The notes under the pieces were generated by a model, which worked only from the letters and a program-made list of their open reading frames with translations, had not been told where the DNA came from and made no database searches. Below, piece after piece: positions 28,742 through 38,412 of a stretch of DNA of 64,000 nucleotides. The translations under genes were made by a program, and so were the position numbers. This DNA is from Acidobacteriota bacterium. Its GTDB lineage: Bacteria; Acidobacteriota; Vicinamibacteria; Vicinamibacterales; UBA2999. Within the stretch, counting starts at the first letter, position 1. Each line of letters begins with the position of its first letter. The stretch is from contig JAEUQR010000136.1 of NCBI GenBank assembly GCA_016789705.1, positions 1,711 through 65,710 on the forward strand, given 5' to 3'.

Positions 28742-31700
28742 TCACTTCGGCACCACGGCCGGCACGTTGCGATCGCGCACCAGCCGGTTGAACGCCGCCA
28801 GGTCATCGCCGAGCAGCGTGGTCGCGCTGCGCTGCTGACGGGCCCAGTCTTCGCCGAGCGCGGCGAGCCTCGCCTGCTGACCGTCGGTCGTGCCGCTGTC
28901 GCTCGCGTCGATCGCGCTGCGCAGGTAGATGTAGTACTGGTTGAGGCGCTGCGGGAAGTTGATGACCGTCTGCCCGTCGACGACGCGCTTCTGTACGAGC
29001 GCGTCCTCGAGCGCGTTCAGCTTCTCGACGTAGGCGCGCCCGGCCTTCTCGATGGCCTCGCCGCCCGGCGTGCCCTTCGTCCGCGTGATCACGTCTTCCA
29101 CCTGACGGCGGACGTCGCGCAGCCGGATGACCGCGCGGTGCACGGCGTTCAACTGCTCGTCCACGCGCACGTGCAGGTCCTGCTGGGCCTGGAGTTCGCT
29201 CATCGGCGTCGTGACGCGCGGGTCCATGCGCACGGTGAGGGGCGTGGTGAGCGTGCGTCCGCCGGCCGTGAGCCGCACCTGGTAGTCGCCGGGCAGCACG
29301 CGTCGGCCCTGCAGGGTGCCGAACACGTAGAGCCCGGGCACCGGCACGGCGGGATCGTAGCGGAGGTTCCACACGAGGCGGTTGAGCCCCGCCTTCACGG
29401 TGAGCGCGCCAGGCGGCGCGTCGAGTGAGACCGGCGCGTCGGCCTCGGGCTTCTTCGTCGAGTAGCGGCGCACCACGGCGCCGCCCTTCAGGATGTCGAT
29501 CGAGACATCGCCCTCGGGCACTTTCGCGAGCCAGACGTTGATGAGCGCGCCATCCGGCGCGCTCCGCCCGGCCCGGGGATTTCCGCCGCCGAAGCCGCCG
29601 AAGGCCTGCGTGCGCCAGGCGGCGCGCGGCGTGAACAGGCGCACGTCGGTGGCGGCGGTCGCATCGTTCCACTGCTGCAGCACCGACACGTCGTCGAGGA
29701 TCCAGAACGCGCGGCCGGCCGTCGACGCCACGAGATCGCCGCGATGCACGCGCAGGTCGGTGATGGGCGTCACCGGCAGGTTGAGCTGCAGGCGCTGCCA
29801 GCGCTGGCCGCCGTTGAACGAGACGTAGAAGCCGGTCTCGGTGCCCAGGTAGAGCAGGTCGCGGCGCACCGGGTCTTCGCGCACCACGCGCGCCCAGGCC
29901 TCCGGCGCGATGCCGTCTACGATCTTCGTCCACGTCGCGCCGAAGTCGGTGGTCTTGAAGACGAGCGGCGTGAAGTCGTTGAACTTGTACTTCGAGATCG
30001 TGACGTAGGCCGTGGCCGGCGCATGCGGCGATACCTCGATGATGTTGACCATCGCTTCGCCGACGCCCGGCGGCGTCACGTTCTTCCAGGTCTTCCCGCC
30101 GTCGCGCGTGAGCTGCACGTAGCCGTCGTCGGTGCCCACCCACAGCGTGTTCGCGTCGTGCGGCGACTCGGCGATGTCGTCGATGACGCCGTAGGTCTCG
30201 CCGCCGGCGCCTTCGTTCGTGATCGGCGCGCCGCCGGGGCCCTGCTTCGTGATGTCGTTGCGCGTCAGGTCGGGGCTCGCCTCCCGCCAGGTCTTCCCGC
30301 GGTTGTCGGATCGCAGCAGCACGTTGCCGCCGTGATAGATGACCGACGGATTGAAGCGGGACACGACGATTGGCGCGCTCCAATTGAAGCGGTACTTCTG
30401 TTCGCGCGGCGGCACCGCCGCCGGCATCTGCGGCCACGCCATGATGTCGCGTTCGGTCCTGAGCGAGTCGTCGAACTCGCTGATGATGCCCATGTAGCAC
30501 CCGGCGTAGACGTAGCGCGGATTCTTCGGGTCGAAGGCCGGCACGGCGCTTTCGCAGCCGCCGACGTCGTACCAGTCGCGTTCGGTAATCCCGCCGGGCG
30601 CGGCGCTCGCGATCTTGACCGACGTGTTGTCCTGCTGGCCGCCGTAGACGTTGTAGGGGAACTGGTCGTCGACGTTCACGCGGTAGAACTGCGCGGTGGG
30701 CTGGTTGCCCTGCGTGGACCAGGTGCGGCCGCCGTTGAACGATACGTTGGCGCCGCCGTCATTGCCCTCGATCACGATCTCGGGATCGCGCGGGTTGAAC
30801 CAGATGCTGTGGTTGTCGCCGTGCGGCGTGCGCACGCTCGTGATGCTGCGGCCGCCGTCGATCGACTTGCTGACGTCGGCATTCAGCACCCAGACGACGT
30901 CTGGATTCTTCGGGTCGGCGGCGACCTTCATGTAGTACCAGGCGCGCGCGTGCAGCGTCCACGCCTCGTTCACGAGCGTCCACGTCTTCGCGCCGTCGTC
31001 GGAACGGTAGAGGCCGCCCTTCGGATCCGCCTCGACCACCGCGTAGAGTCGATCCGGGTTGGCCGAGACGTCGATGCCGATCTTGCCGACCGTGGCCGGG
31101 AGGCCCGTCATCATGCGCTGCCACGTCGTGCCGCCGTCGGTGGACTTGTGAATGCCGCTGCCGGGGCCGCCGCTGCGCACCTGCCAGGGCTGCCGCAGGT
31201 GATCCCACATCGCCGCGTAGAGGATGCGCGGGTTGGTCGGATCCATCGCGAGCTCCGACGGGCCCGTGGTCTCGTTCACGAACAGGACCTGCGTCCAGGT
31301 GCGGCCGCCGTCGGTCGAGCGGTAGACGCCGCGGTCCTTCGTGGGGCCGTAGGCGGCGCCCTGAGCGGCGACGAGCAGCGTATCGGGGTCTGTCGGGTGG
31401 ACGCGGATGCGCGAGATCTGCCGCGTGCGTTCGAGGCCAAGGTGTGTCCACGTGCGGCCGGCGTCGGTCGACTTGTAGACGCCGTCGCCGTGTGAGGTCA
31501 TCACGCCGCGGATGGGATGTTCGCCCATGCCCACGTAGATGACGTTCGGATCGGAGGGCGCCACGGCGATGGCGCCCACGGACGACGTGTTGAGCTGGCC
31601 GTCGGTGATATTGGCCCAGGTCTCGCCGCCGTCCGTCGTCTTCCACACGCCGCCGCCGACGCCGCCGAAGTAGAAGGTGCGCGGCTCCTGTGCGACGCCG

Positions 31701-31876
31701 CTCACGGCGACGACGCGGCCGCCGCGGAACGGCCCGATGTTGCGCCACTGCAGAGCCGCGAGCGACGGGCTGTCGAACTGCGGTGCGGGTGGCGCGGATG
31801 GCGTCTGCGCGACGGCGGACAGGCTGGCGGCCACGACGGCGGCAAGGATGGTGAGCGCGGATGATGGGCGAGTCAT
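28742..31876 (-). CDS. Secreted BNR/Asp-box repeat protein (sortilin/VPS10- or GH74-like double beta-propeller)
   Basis: 1044 aa with a signal peptide. At least ten S-x-D-x-G-x-T-W Asp-boxes are present (TTDGGETW, STDAGRTW, STDGGRTW, STDGGTTW, SDDGAKTW, TRDGGKTW, TTDFGATW and others). Confidence 0.85.
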   Translation of the reverse strand: MTRPSSALTILAAVVAASLSAVAQTPSAPPAPQFDSPSLAALQWRNIGPFRGGRVVAVSGVAQEPRTFYFGGVGGGVWKTTDGGETWANITDGQLNTSSVGAIAVAPSDPNVIYVGMGEHPIRGVMTSHGDGVYKSTDAGRTWTHLGLERTRQISRIRVHPTDPDTLLVAAQGAAYGPTKDRGVYRSTDGGRTWTQVLFVNETTGPSELAMDPTNPRILYAAMWDHLRQPWQVRSGGPGSGIHKSTDGGTTWQRMMTGLPATVGKIGIDVSANPDRLYAVVEADPKGGLYRSDDGAKTWTLVNEAWTLHARAWYYMKVAADPKNPDVVWVLNADVSKSIDGGRSITSVRTPHGDNHSIWFNPRDPEIVIEGNDGGANVSFNGGRTWSTQGNQPTAQFYRVNVDDQFPYNVYGGQQDNTSVKIASAAPGGITERDWYDVGGCESAVPAFDPKNPRYVYAGCYMGIISEFDDSLRTERDIMAWPQMPAAVPPREQKYRFNWSAPIVVSRFNPSVIYHGGNVLLRSDNRGKTWREASPDLTRNDITKQGPGGAPITNEGAGGETYGVIDDIAESPHDANTLWVGTDDGYVQLTRDGGKTWKNVTPPGVGEAMVNIIEVSPHAPATAYVTISKYKFNDFTPLVFKTTDFGATWTKIVDGIAPEAWARVVREDPVRRDLLYLGTETGFYVSFNGGQRWQRLQLNLPVTPITDLRVHRGDLVASTAGRAFWILDDVSVLQQWNDATAATDVRLFTPRAAWRTQAFGGFGGGNPRAGRSAPDGALINVWLAKVPEGDVSIDILKGGAVVRRYSTKKPEADAPVSLDAPPGALTVKAGLNRLVWNLRYDPAVPVPGLYVFGTLQGRRVLPGDYQVRLTAGGRTLTTPLTVRMDPRVTTPMSELQAQQDLHVRVDEQLNAVHRAVIRLRDVRRQVEDVITRTKGTPGGEAIEKAGRAYVEKLNALEDALVQKRVVDGQTVINFPQRLNQYYIYLRSAIDASDSGTTDGQQARLAALGEDWARQQRSATTLLGDDLAAFNRLVRDRNVPAVVPK

Positions 31877-31967
31877 GACCGTCCAAGGATAGGCCAGACG
31901 TCACGGGCGGCGTCTTCGTGGCCGGCCGGCGGCGCCTTCGCATATCATCCGGACGGGTCGACCGCCG

Positions 31968-33626
31968 GTGATGGGGCCGCGGTCACACGGGACGGAACCG
32001 GCGCCAATGGCCACAGAGACACACGCGGCACGGCCCGGCGAGGTCACCGCCTCCGACGTCGCCGCGCAGTCGCCGCTCAGCTTGTTCGACACCTGGCGCG
32101 ACGACCTGCCGGCCGGCATCGTGGTGTTCCTCGTGGCCCTGCCGCTCTGCCTCGGCATCGCCGTGGCCTCGGGCGTGCCGGTCCTGGCCGGACTCGTCGC
32201 CGGCGTCGTCGGCGGGCTCGTCGTGGGCGCGCTGTCGGGTTCCACACTGATGGTGAGCGGCCCGGCGGCCGGGCTCACGCCGATCGTCCTCCTCGGCATC
32301 CAGCAGCTCGGCAGCTTCGAACGGCTGCTGCCCGCGGTGATTCTGGCCGGCGGGCTGCAACTGGTGCTCGCCGCCGTGCGCGCCGGCACGGTGGCGTATT
32401 ACATCCCGTCGTCGGTCGTGAAGGGAATGCTCGCCGGCATCGGCCTCACGCTCATCCTCAAGCAGGTGCCGCACGCCGTCGGCTACGACGCCGATGCCGA
32501 AGGCGACATGTCGTTCATCGAGGCGTCGGGGCAGACCACGCTCAGCACCCTCGCCGAGTCCTTCCAGCAGATCCAGCCGGCGGCCATCGTGGCCGCGCTG
32601 CTCGGCATCGCCGTGATGCTCTGGTGGCCGCGTTCGCCCTTCGCGCGTGTGCGGCTGCTGCCGGCGCCGCTCATCGCCGTCGCCATCGGCGTGCTGGTGA
32701 ACGAAGCGCTGCGGGCGTTGCTGCCCGACCTGGCCGTGCGCGGCACGCACCTCGTGTCGCTGCCAGACATGGGGTTCGGCGCCGTGGCTCCCCACCTCGT
32801 CGTGCCTGACTGGAGCGGACTCTGGACGGCCGGCGTGTGGGAGTTCGCCGTCATCATCGCTCTGGTCGCCAGTCTCGAGACGCTGCTCGGCCTCGAAGCC
32901 ACCCGCAAGCTCGATCCGCTGCGCCGCGAGGCGCCGGTCAATCGCGAACTGCTCGCGCACGGCGTCGGCAACCTCGCCGCGGGACTGCTCGGCGGGCTGC
33001 CGATTGCCGGCGTCATGATCCGGTCGTCGGCCAACGTCGATGCCGGCGCCCGCTCGCGGCTGTCGGTGCTCGTGCACGCCGCGTTGATGCTGACCGCCGC
33101 CCTCACGCTCGGCGCGTTGCTGAACCGCATTCCGCTGGCCGCCGTGGCCTCGGTGCTGCTCGTGACCGGCTTTCGCCTGGCCGCGCCCTCGCTCTGGCGC
33201 CACGCCTGGCGGCTCGGCCCGAGCCACTTCATCCCGTTTGTCGTGACCGCGCTGGCCATTGTCTTCACCGACGTGCTGCGCGGCATCGGCGTCGGCGTGG
33301 CCGTGGGCATCGTGTTCATCGTCATGGAGCACCTGCGCAGCCCGGTGTTCTCGCGTGTCAGCCCGCCAGGCGCCGTGCTCACGCGCTACGCGCTGCCCGA
33401 GCAGGTCACCTTCCTGAGCAAGGCCAGCATCTCGCGCGCCCTCAATGCGCTGCCGTCCGGCACGCGCGTCGAGATCGACGGCCGCCGCACCTCGCGTTTC
33501 GACCACGACGCGCTCGAAGTGCTGCACAGCTTCCGCGACACCGCGCGCCTGCGCGGCATCGACTACCGGCTGGTGGGAATTCCCGAAACGGAACTGCCGC
33601 CCACGCACGACTTCGACCCCGACTGA
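31968..33626 (+). CDS. SulP-family anion (sulfate/bicarbonate) transporter with C-terminal STAS domain
   Basis: 552 aa. DLPAGIVVFLVALPLCLGIAVASG is the SulP N-terminal motif, followed by about 10-12 TM segments and a C-terminal STAS-like region (VTFLSKASI...LEVLHSF). The start is ambiguous (GTG 31968, ATG 31971 or ATG 32007). Confidence 0.9.
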   Translation: MMGPRSHGTEPAPMATETHAARPGEVTASDVAAQSPLSLFDTWRDDLPAGIVVFLVALPLCLGIAVASGVPVLAGLVAGVVGGLVVGALSGSTLMVSGPAAGLTPIVLLGIQQLGSFERLLPAVILAGGLQLVLAAVRAGTVAYYIPSSVVKGMLAGIGLTLILKQVPHAVGYDADAEGDMSFIEASGQTTLSTLAESFQQIQPAAIVAALLGIAVMLWWPRSPFARVRLLPAPLIAVAIGVLVNEALRALLPDLAVRGTHLVSLPDMGFGAVAPHLVVPDWSGLWTAGVWEFAVIIALVASLETLLGLEATRKLDPLRREAPVNRELLAHGVGNLAAGLLGGLPIAGVMIRSSANVDAGARSRLSVLVHAALMLTAALTLGALLNRIPLAAVASVLLVTGFRLAAPSLWRHAWRLGPSHFIPFVVTALAIVFTDVLRGIGVGVAVGIVFIVMEHLRSPVFSRVSPPGAVLTRYALPEQVTFLSKASISRALNALPSGTRVEIDGRRTSRFDHDALEVLHSFRDTARLRGIDYRLVGIPETELPPTHDFDPD

Positions 33627-33640
33627 GGAATCAACCGCTC

Positions 33641-34420
33641 ATGGAAGAGTACCGCCGCATCATCGAGGGCAACCGCGCCTGGGCCGAACGCGTGAAGGCG
33701 AGCGACCCGGCGTTCTTCAGCGAGAGCGCGCAGCGGCAGGAGCCGCTGTTCCTCTACATCGGCTGCGCCGACAGCCGCGTGCCGGCCAACTCGGTCACCG
33801 GCACCAAGCCGGGCGAGCTGTTCGTGCACCGCAACATCGCCAACCTCGTGATGCCGAGCGACATCAACGCGATGAGCGTGTTGCAGTACGCGGTCGAGGT
33901 GCTCGACGTGAAGCACATCCTCGTGACCGGCCACTACGGCTGCGGCGGAGTCAAGGCGGCGATGTCGGGCCAGCAGCACGGACTCGTCGATCACTGGCTG
34001 GGCCCGATCCGCAACGTGCTGCGCTGGAACGCCCAGGAGCTCGACGCCATCACCGATCCGCAGGCCCGGTTCGATCGGCTGGTCGAGCTGAACGTGCTCG
34101 AGCAGCTCTATCACCTGTCGGAGACACCGATCATCCAGCAGGCCTGGGCGCGCGGCCGGCGGCCGCTGCTGCACGGGCTCGTCTACGATCTCAAGGACGG
34201 GCTGCTGCACGAGATCGCGACCGGTATCGATTCGCAGGATGCGGCCGATCATCTCGCCGACCGCCGGCTGTCCGGTGTGCCGGCCGGCCCGCCGCCGCTC
34301 GGCCGGGTGGCGTCGCCGATTCTCGCGGGTGAAGGCCTCGCCGACGAGATCGCCGAGCGTGTCTTCGCGCGTCTGTCAGAGGCGACCGACCCCGCCCTGA
34401 GGCGCCGAGGGCTCCGCTAG
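33641..34420 (+). CDS. Beta-class carbonic anhydrase with C-terminal extension
   Basis: ATG at 33641 preceded by GAGGAA. The zinc ligand motifs IGCADSRVPAN and TGHYGCGGV are present. A tail of about 45 aa extends past the usual CA fold. Confidence 0.9.
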   Translation: MEEYRRIIEGNRAWAERVKASDPAFFSESAQRQEPLFLYIGCADSRVPANSVTGTKPGELFVHRNIANLVMPSDINAMSVLQYAVEVLDVKHILVTGHYGCGGVKAAMSGQQHGLVDHWLGPIRNVLRWNAQELDAITDPQARFDRLVELNVLEQLYHLSETPIIQQAWARGRRPLLHGLVYDLKDGLLHEIATGIDSQDAADHLADRRLSGVPAGPPPLGRVASPILAGEGLADEIAERVFARLSEATDPALRRRGLR

Positions 34421-34453
34421 GTCGCGATTGCGCGCGGAGCGCGGGCGCCGGCT

Positions 34454-34462
34454 TGTTACAAT
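34454..34462 (+). promoter_or_regulatory. Extended -10 element TGtTACAAT, 9 nt upstream of the tex GTG start (leaderless-type)
   Basis: tgttacaat lies at 34454-34462, the start codon at 34472, and no Shine-Dalgarno lies between them (ggccgcccc). Confidence 0.4.
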
Positions 34463-34471
34463 GGCCGCCCC

Positions 34472-36817
34472 GTGTCTGTGCCTGCCGTGCTCTCGATTTC
34501 CGCTCGTATCGCCGAAGAACTGAACGTCCGCGTGCCGCAGGTCGATGCGGCCATCGCGCTGCTCGACGACAAGGCGACCGTCCCGTTCATCGCCCGCTAT
34601 CGCAAGGAAGCCACCGGCGGGCTCGACGACACGCAGCTGCGGGCGCTCGAGGAGCGCCTGACGTACCTGCGCGAGATGGAGGAGCGGCGCGCTGCCATCC
34701 TCAAGAGCATCGACGAGCAGGGCAAGCTCACGCCGGAACTGGCCACCGCGATTGCCGGCGCCGCGACCAAGGCGCGCCTCGAAGATCTCTATCTGCCCTA
34801 CAAGCAGAAGCGGCGCACCAAGGCGCAGATCGCCCGCGATGCCGGACTCGAGCCGCTGGCGCTCGCGCTGCTGCACGACCCCACGCTCGATCCCGACACG
34901 ACGGCCGCTGCCTACGTGAACGCGGAGCAGGCGGTGCCCGATGCCGCCGCGGCGCTCGACGGCGCGCGCTGGATCCTGATGGAGACGTTCGCCGAAGATG
35001 CCGAGCTGCTCGGCGCCTTCCGCACGCTCGTCTGGGAGCGGGGTGAGTGGGCGTCCACGGTGATTCCCGGCAAGGAAGCCGAAGGCGTCAAGTACTCCGA
35101 TTACTTCAACGCCACCGAACACGTGCGGGATGTGCCCTCACACCGCGTGCTGGCGCTGCTGCGCGGGCGCAAGGAAGGCATCCTGCGGCTGTCGGTGGAC
35201 CTGCCAGCCGACGGCGCCGACGGCCCGAGTGAGCCCGAGCGGCGCATCGCCGCCCGCTTCGGCATCGAGTCGCGCGGCCGCGCGGCCGACGCCTGGCTCG
35301 CGAACGTGGTGCGCCTGACGTGGCGCGTCAAGCTGCTGCTGCACCTCGAGGTGGAAACCGAGCAGCGCCTGCGCGAGCAGGCCGAGCAGGAAGCGATCCG
35401 CGTCTTCGGCCGCAACCTCCACGACCTGCTGCTGGCGGCGCCCGCCGGGCAGCGTGTCACGATGGGGCTCGACCCGGGCATCCGCACCGGCGTGAAGGTG
35501 GCCGTCGTGGACGGCACCGGCAAGGTGCTCGACACCGCCACGGTCTACCCGCACGAACCGCGCCGGGACTGGGCCGGCGCGCTGCGCACGCTCGGCCAGC
35601 TGGCGTCGAAGCACGGCGTCCAGCTCATCGCGATCGGCAACGGCACGGCGTCGCGCGAGACCGACAAGCTGGCGGCCGAGCTGATGCAAGCGCATCCCGA
35701 ACTGCCGCTCACGAAGGTCATGGTCTCGGAGGCCGGCGCGTCGGTCTACTCGGCGTCGGAACTGGCGGCCAGGGAGTTTCCCGACCTGGACGTGTCGCTG
35801 CGCGGCGCCGTGTCGATCGCGCGCCGCCTGCAGGACCCGCTCGCCGAGCTCGTGCGCATCGACCCCAAGGCGATCGGCGTCGGCCAGTATCAGCACGACA
35901 TCAGCCCGTTCCAGCTCGGGAAGGCGCTCGATGCGGTGGTGGAAGACTGCGTGAACGCCGTCGGCGCCGACCTGAACACCGCCTCGGCGCCGCTGCTCGC
36001 GCGCATCTCCGGGCTGAGCGAGACGATTGCCGGCAACATCGTGGCGTTCCGCGATGCCAATGGCCCGTTTCGCAGCCGCCGGCGGCTCCTCGATGTGCCG
36101 CGGGTGGGGGAGCGGACGTTCCAGCAGGCGGCTGGCTTCCTCCGCGTCGTGAACGGCGACAATCCGCTCGACGCCTCGGCCGTCCATCCCGAGGCGTATC
36201 CGGTCGTCGAGCGCATCGTCTCGCGCACGGGGCTGGCCGTCGGCGAGCTCATCGGCAAGTCGTCGCTGCTCAAGACCCTGCGTCCCGACGACTTCGCCGA
36301 CGCGCAGTTCGGCGTGCCGACGGTGAAGGACATCCTCGCCGAACTCGACAAGCCGAACCGCGATCCGCGTCCGGAGTTCCGGACCGCCGCGTTCAAGGAC
36401 GGCGTGCAGGCGCTCGGCGATCTCGTGCCCGGCATGCAGCTCGAGGGCGTGGTCACGAACGTCGCCAACTTCGGCGCGTTCGTCGACATCGGCGTGCACC
36501 AGGACGGCCTCGTGCACGTCTCGCAGCTCGCCGATCGCTTCGTGAAGGACCCGCGCGAGGTCGTGAAGGCCGGCGACATCGTGCAGGTCCGCGTGCTCGA
36601 GGTCGACGCCAGCCGCAAGCGCATCGCGCTCACGATGAAGCGCGGCGAGGTGCGTCCGCCGGCGGCGGGCGGCTCCGCCGCGCGTGGCAGTGCGCCGCCG
36701 CCGCGGTCTGGCCCGGGCGCGGCCCCGGGGCCGCGCCCGGCGTCCGCGCCGCGTCCCGCGCCGGCGCCCTCGACTGCGTTCGCCGCGGCCTTCGCGAAAC
36801 TCTCGGGCAAGTCGTAA
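34472..36817 (+). CDS. tex: Tex-like transcription accessory protein (YqgF/HhH/S1 domains)
   Basis: 781 aa. [45 protein letters not shown] is the hallmark Tex N-terminus. C-terminal S1 domain [33 protein letters not shown], then a Pro/Ala-rich low-complexity tail. Confidence 0.95.
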   Translation: MSVPAVLSISARIAEELNVRVPQVDAAIALLDDKATVPFIARYRKEATGGLDDTQLRALEERLTYLREMEERRAAILKSIDEQGKLTPELATAIAGAATKARLEDLYLPYKQKRRTKAQIARDAGLEPLALALLHDPTLDPDTTAAAYVNAEQAVPDAAAALDGARWILMETFAEDAELLGAFRTLVWERGEWASTVIPGKEAEGVKYSDYFNATEHVRDVPSHRVLALLRGRKEGILRLSVDLPADGADGPSEPERRIAARFGIESRGRAADAWLANVVRLTWRVKLLLHLEVETEQRLREQAEQEAIRVFGRNLHDLLLAAPAGQRVTMGLDPGIRTGVKVAVVDGTGKVLDTATVYPHEPRRDWAGALRTLGQLASKHGVQLIAIGNGTASRETDKLAAELMQAHPELPLTKVMVSEAGASVYSASELAAREFPDLDVSLRGAVSIARRLQDPLAELVRIDPKAIGVGQYQHDISPFQLGKALDAVVEDCVNAVGADLNTASAPLLARISGLSETIAGNIVAFRDANGPFRSRRRLLDVPRVGERTFQQAAGFLRVVNGDNPLDASAVHPEAYPVVERIVSRTGLAVGELIGKSSLLKTLRPDDFADAQFGVPTVKDILAELDKPNRDPRPEFRTAAFKDGVQALGDLVPGMQLEGVVTNVANFGAFVDIGVHQDGLVHVSQLADRFVKDPREVVKAGDIVQVRVLEVDASRKRIALTMKRGEVRPPAAGGSAARGSAPPPRSGPGAAPGPRPASAPRPAPAPSTAFAAAFAKLSGKS

Positions 36818-36924
36818 CGCCACACCCCCTCGCCCACCTCGCGCGCGCCGCCGACGCGCGTCGTGGGGGCGCGCTGCTTGCGTACCCGTGACGCCACGTG
36901 ACGCGTGGCGTCATCCCTGCCCTG

Positions 36925-36930
36925 TACAAT
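36925..36930 (+). promoter_or_regulatory. -10 hexamer TACAAT, 6 nt upstream of the ferredoxin ATG (leaderless-type)
   Basis: ctgTACAATggtcggATG, with no SD. A 9-bp hairpin (gacgccacg/cgtggcgtc, about 36889-36911) lies just upstream. Confidence 0.35.
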
Positions 36931-36936
36931 GGTCGG

Positions 36937-37293
36937 ATGCCCAAACTGACGGTTGAAGGATATGGAACGTTCGACGTGGCGGCAGGGAAGCGGCTCGTGA
37001 ACGCCATCGAACAGGATGCCAAGGTGGACATCCTGCATGCCTGCGGCGGCAACGCGCGCTGCACCACCTGCCGGGTCGAATTCATCGACGGAGAACCGGC
37101 CAGGATGACCGTCGCCGAGCAGGAACGCCTCAAGGCCCGCGGCCTGAGCGGCGTGCGCCTGTCGTGCCAGATTCTCTGCGACGACGACATGAACGTGCGG
37201 GCCATCAGCCGGCTCGAAGGCTCCGGGCGTCCTGACCCGGGTGGTCCGCCCCAGGCGACGATCATGCCGCCGCCGGAGTGGGTCGAAGACTAG
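36937..37293 (+). CDS. 2Fe-2S ferredoxin
   Basis: Starting at internal MPKLTVEGYG... The Cys pattern HACGGNARCTTCRV...LSCQI is a plant/vertebrate-type 2Fe-2S ligand spacing. 118 aa. Confidence 0.8.
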   Translation: MPKLTVEGYGTFDVAAGKRLVNAIEQDAKVDILHACGGNARCTTCRVEFIDGEPARMTVAEQERLKARGLSGVRLSCQILCDDDMNVRAISRLEGSGRPDPGGPPQATIMPPPEWVED

Positions 37294-37315
37294 CCACCGG
37301 CCCGCGAGCGCCGTC

Positions 37316-38356
37316 GTGACTGCCGTCAGCCCGCCCGTCGAGGCCTTCCGCGCGATTCTGGCGCGGCCCGCGCCGTTCCTCACGCTCGCGCCGATGCAGG
37401 AAATCACCGACGGCGCGTTCTGGTCGCTCGTGCACGGCTACGGGGGCGCCGACATCTACTGGACCGAGTACTTCCGCGTCCACGCCGACTCGACGCCGGA
37501 GCGGAAGATCGTCGAGGCGATCACGCGTAACAGCACCGGCCGTCCGGTCGTGGCGCAGATGATCGGCAACGACATCACCGCGCTCGTGCGGACGGCGCGC
37601 GTGCTCCAGACGCTGCCGATCGCCGCCATCGACCTGAACCTCGGCTGCCCGGCGCCGATCGTCTACCGCAAGTGCGCCGGTGGCGGTCTGCTGCGCGAGC
37701 CGGCGCGCATCGACGCCATCCTCGGCGCCTTGCGCGAGGCCATCGCCATCCCCTTCACCGTGAAGACGCGTGTCGGCTTCGCGGCGCTCGAGGAGTTCGA
37801 CACGTTGCTGCCGATCTTCGCGCGGCACTCGCTCGACGCGCTCACCGTGCACGCGCGCACCGTGGCGCAGCTCTATCGCCTGCCCGTGCACTACGAGCGC
37901 ATCCGTCAGGCGTCCGAGTGCATGCCGTGTCCGGTCATCGCCAACGGTCATGTGTATTCCGCGGCGCAGGCCGAGGATGTGCTGCGCGTGGCGGCAGCGC
38001 GCGGGCTCATGATCGGGCGCGCGGCCATCCGCAGCCCGTGGCTCTTCGCGCAGATCCGCCAGCATCTGGCGGGCCAGCCGGTCACCTATCCAACGGGCCG
38101 CGATGTGTGGGGATACATCCGCGCCTTGTGGGACTCCCAGGCAGCGTTCGACAAGCCCGAGAAGGCGCGCTGCGAACGCATGAAGAAGTTCCTGAACTAC
38201 CTCGGCGAAGGCGTGCCCGGCCAGTTCCTGCACCGCATCCGCCGCGCGCAGACGGCGGCCGAATTCCACGGCATCTGCGCCGATTTTCTCGATCACGACC
38301 GGCCCATGCCACTCGAGCCGCTTGCCCCGGAGCCGCTCGCCGTGACGCCGCCGTGA
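37316..38356 (+). CDS. tRNA-dihydrouridine synthase family protein
   Basis: FLTLAPMQEITDGAFW...VAQMIGND...IDLNLGCPAP...FTVKTRVG...LTVHARTV shows Dus TIM-barrel motifs including the catalytic Cys in GCP. The start is uncertain: I chose the GTG at 37316, while the ORF is open from 37241. Confidence 0.8.
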   Translation: MTAVSPPVEAFRAILARPAPFLTLAPMQEITDGAFWSLVHGYGGADIYWTEYFRVHADSTPERKIVEAITRNSTGRPVVAQMIGNDITALVRTARVLQTLPIAAIDLNLGCPAPIVYRKCAGGGLLREPARIDAILGALREAIAIPFTVKTRVGFAALEEFDTLLPIFARHSLDALTVHARTVAQLYRLPVHYERIRQASECMPCPVIANGHVYSAAQAEDVLRVAAARGLMIGRAAIRSPWLFAQIRQHLAGQPVTYPTGRDVWGYIRALWDSQAAFDKPEKARCERMKKFLNYLGEGVPGQFLHRIRRAQTAAEFHGICADFLDHDRPMPLEPLAPEPLAVTPP

Positions 38357-38377
38357 CGCGCAGGGCCCCGGGTCGCG

Positions 38378-38406
38378 TTGACAGCCACGCCGGGCGGCGC
38401 AACCAT
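38378..38406 (+). promoter_or_regulatory. Candidate promoter TTGACA-17 nt-AACCAT, 6 nt upstream of the protease ATG (leaderless-type)
   Basis: TTGACA at 38378-38383, AACCAT at 38401-38406, ATG at 38413, and no SD. Confidence 0.35.
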
Positions 38407-38412
38407 GACCTC

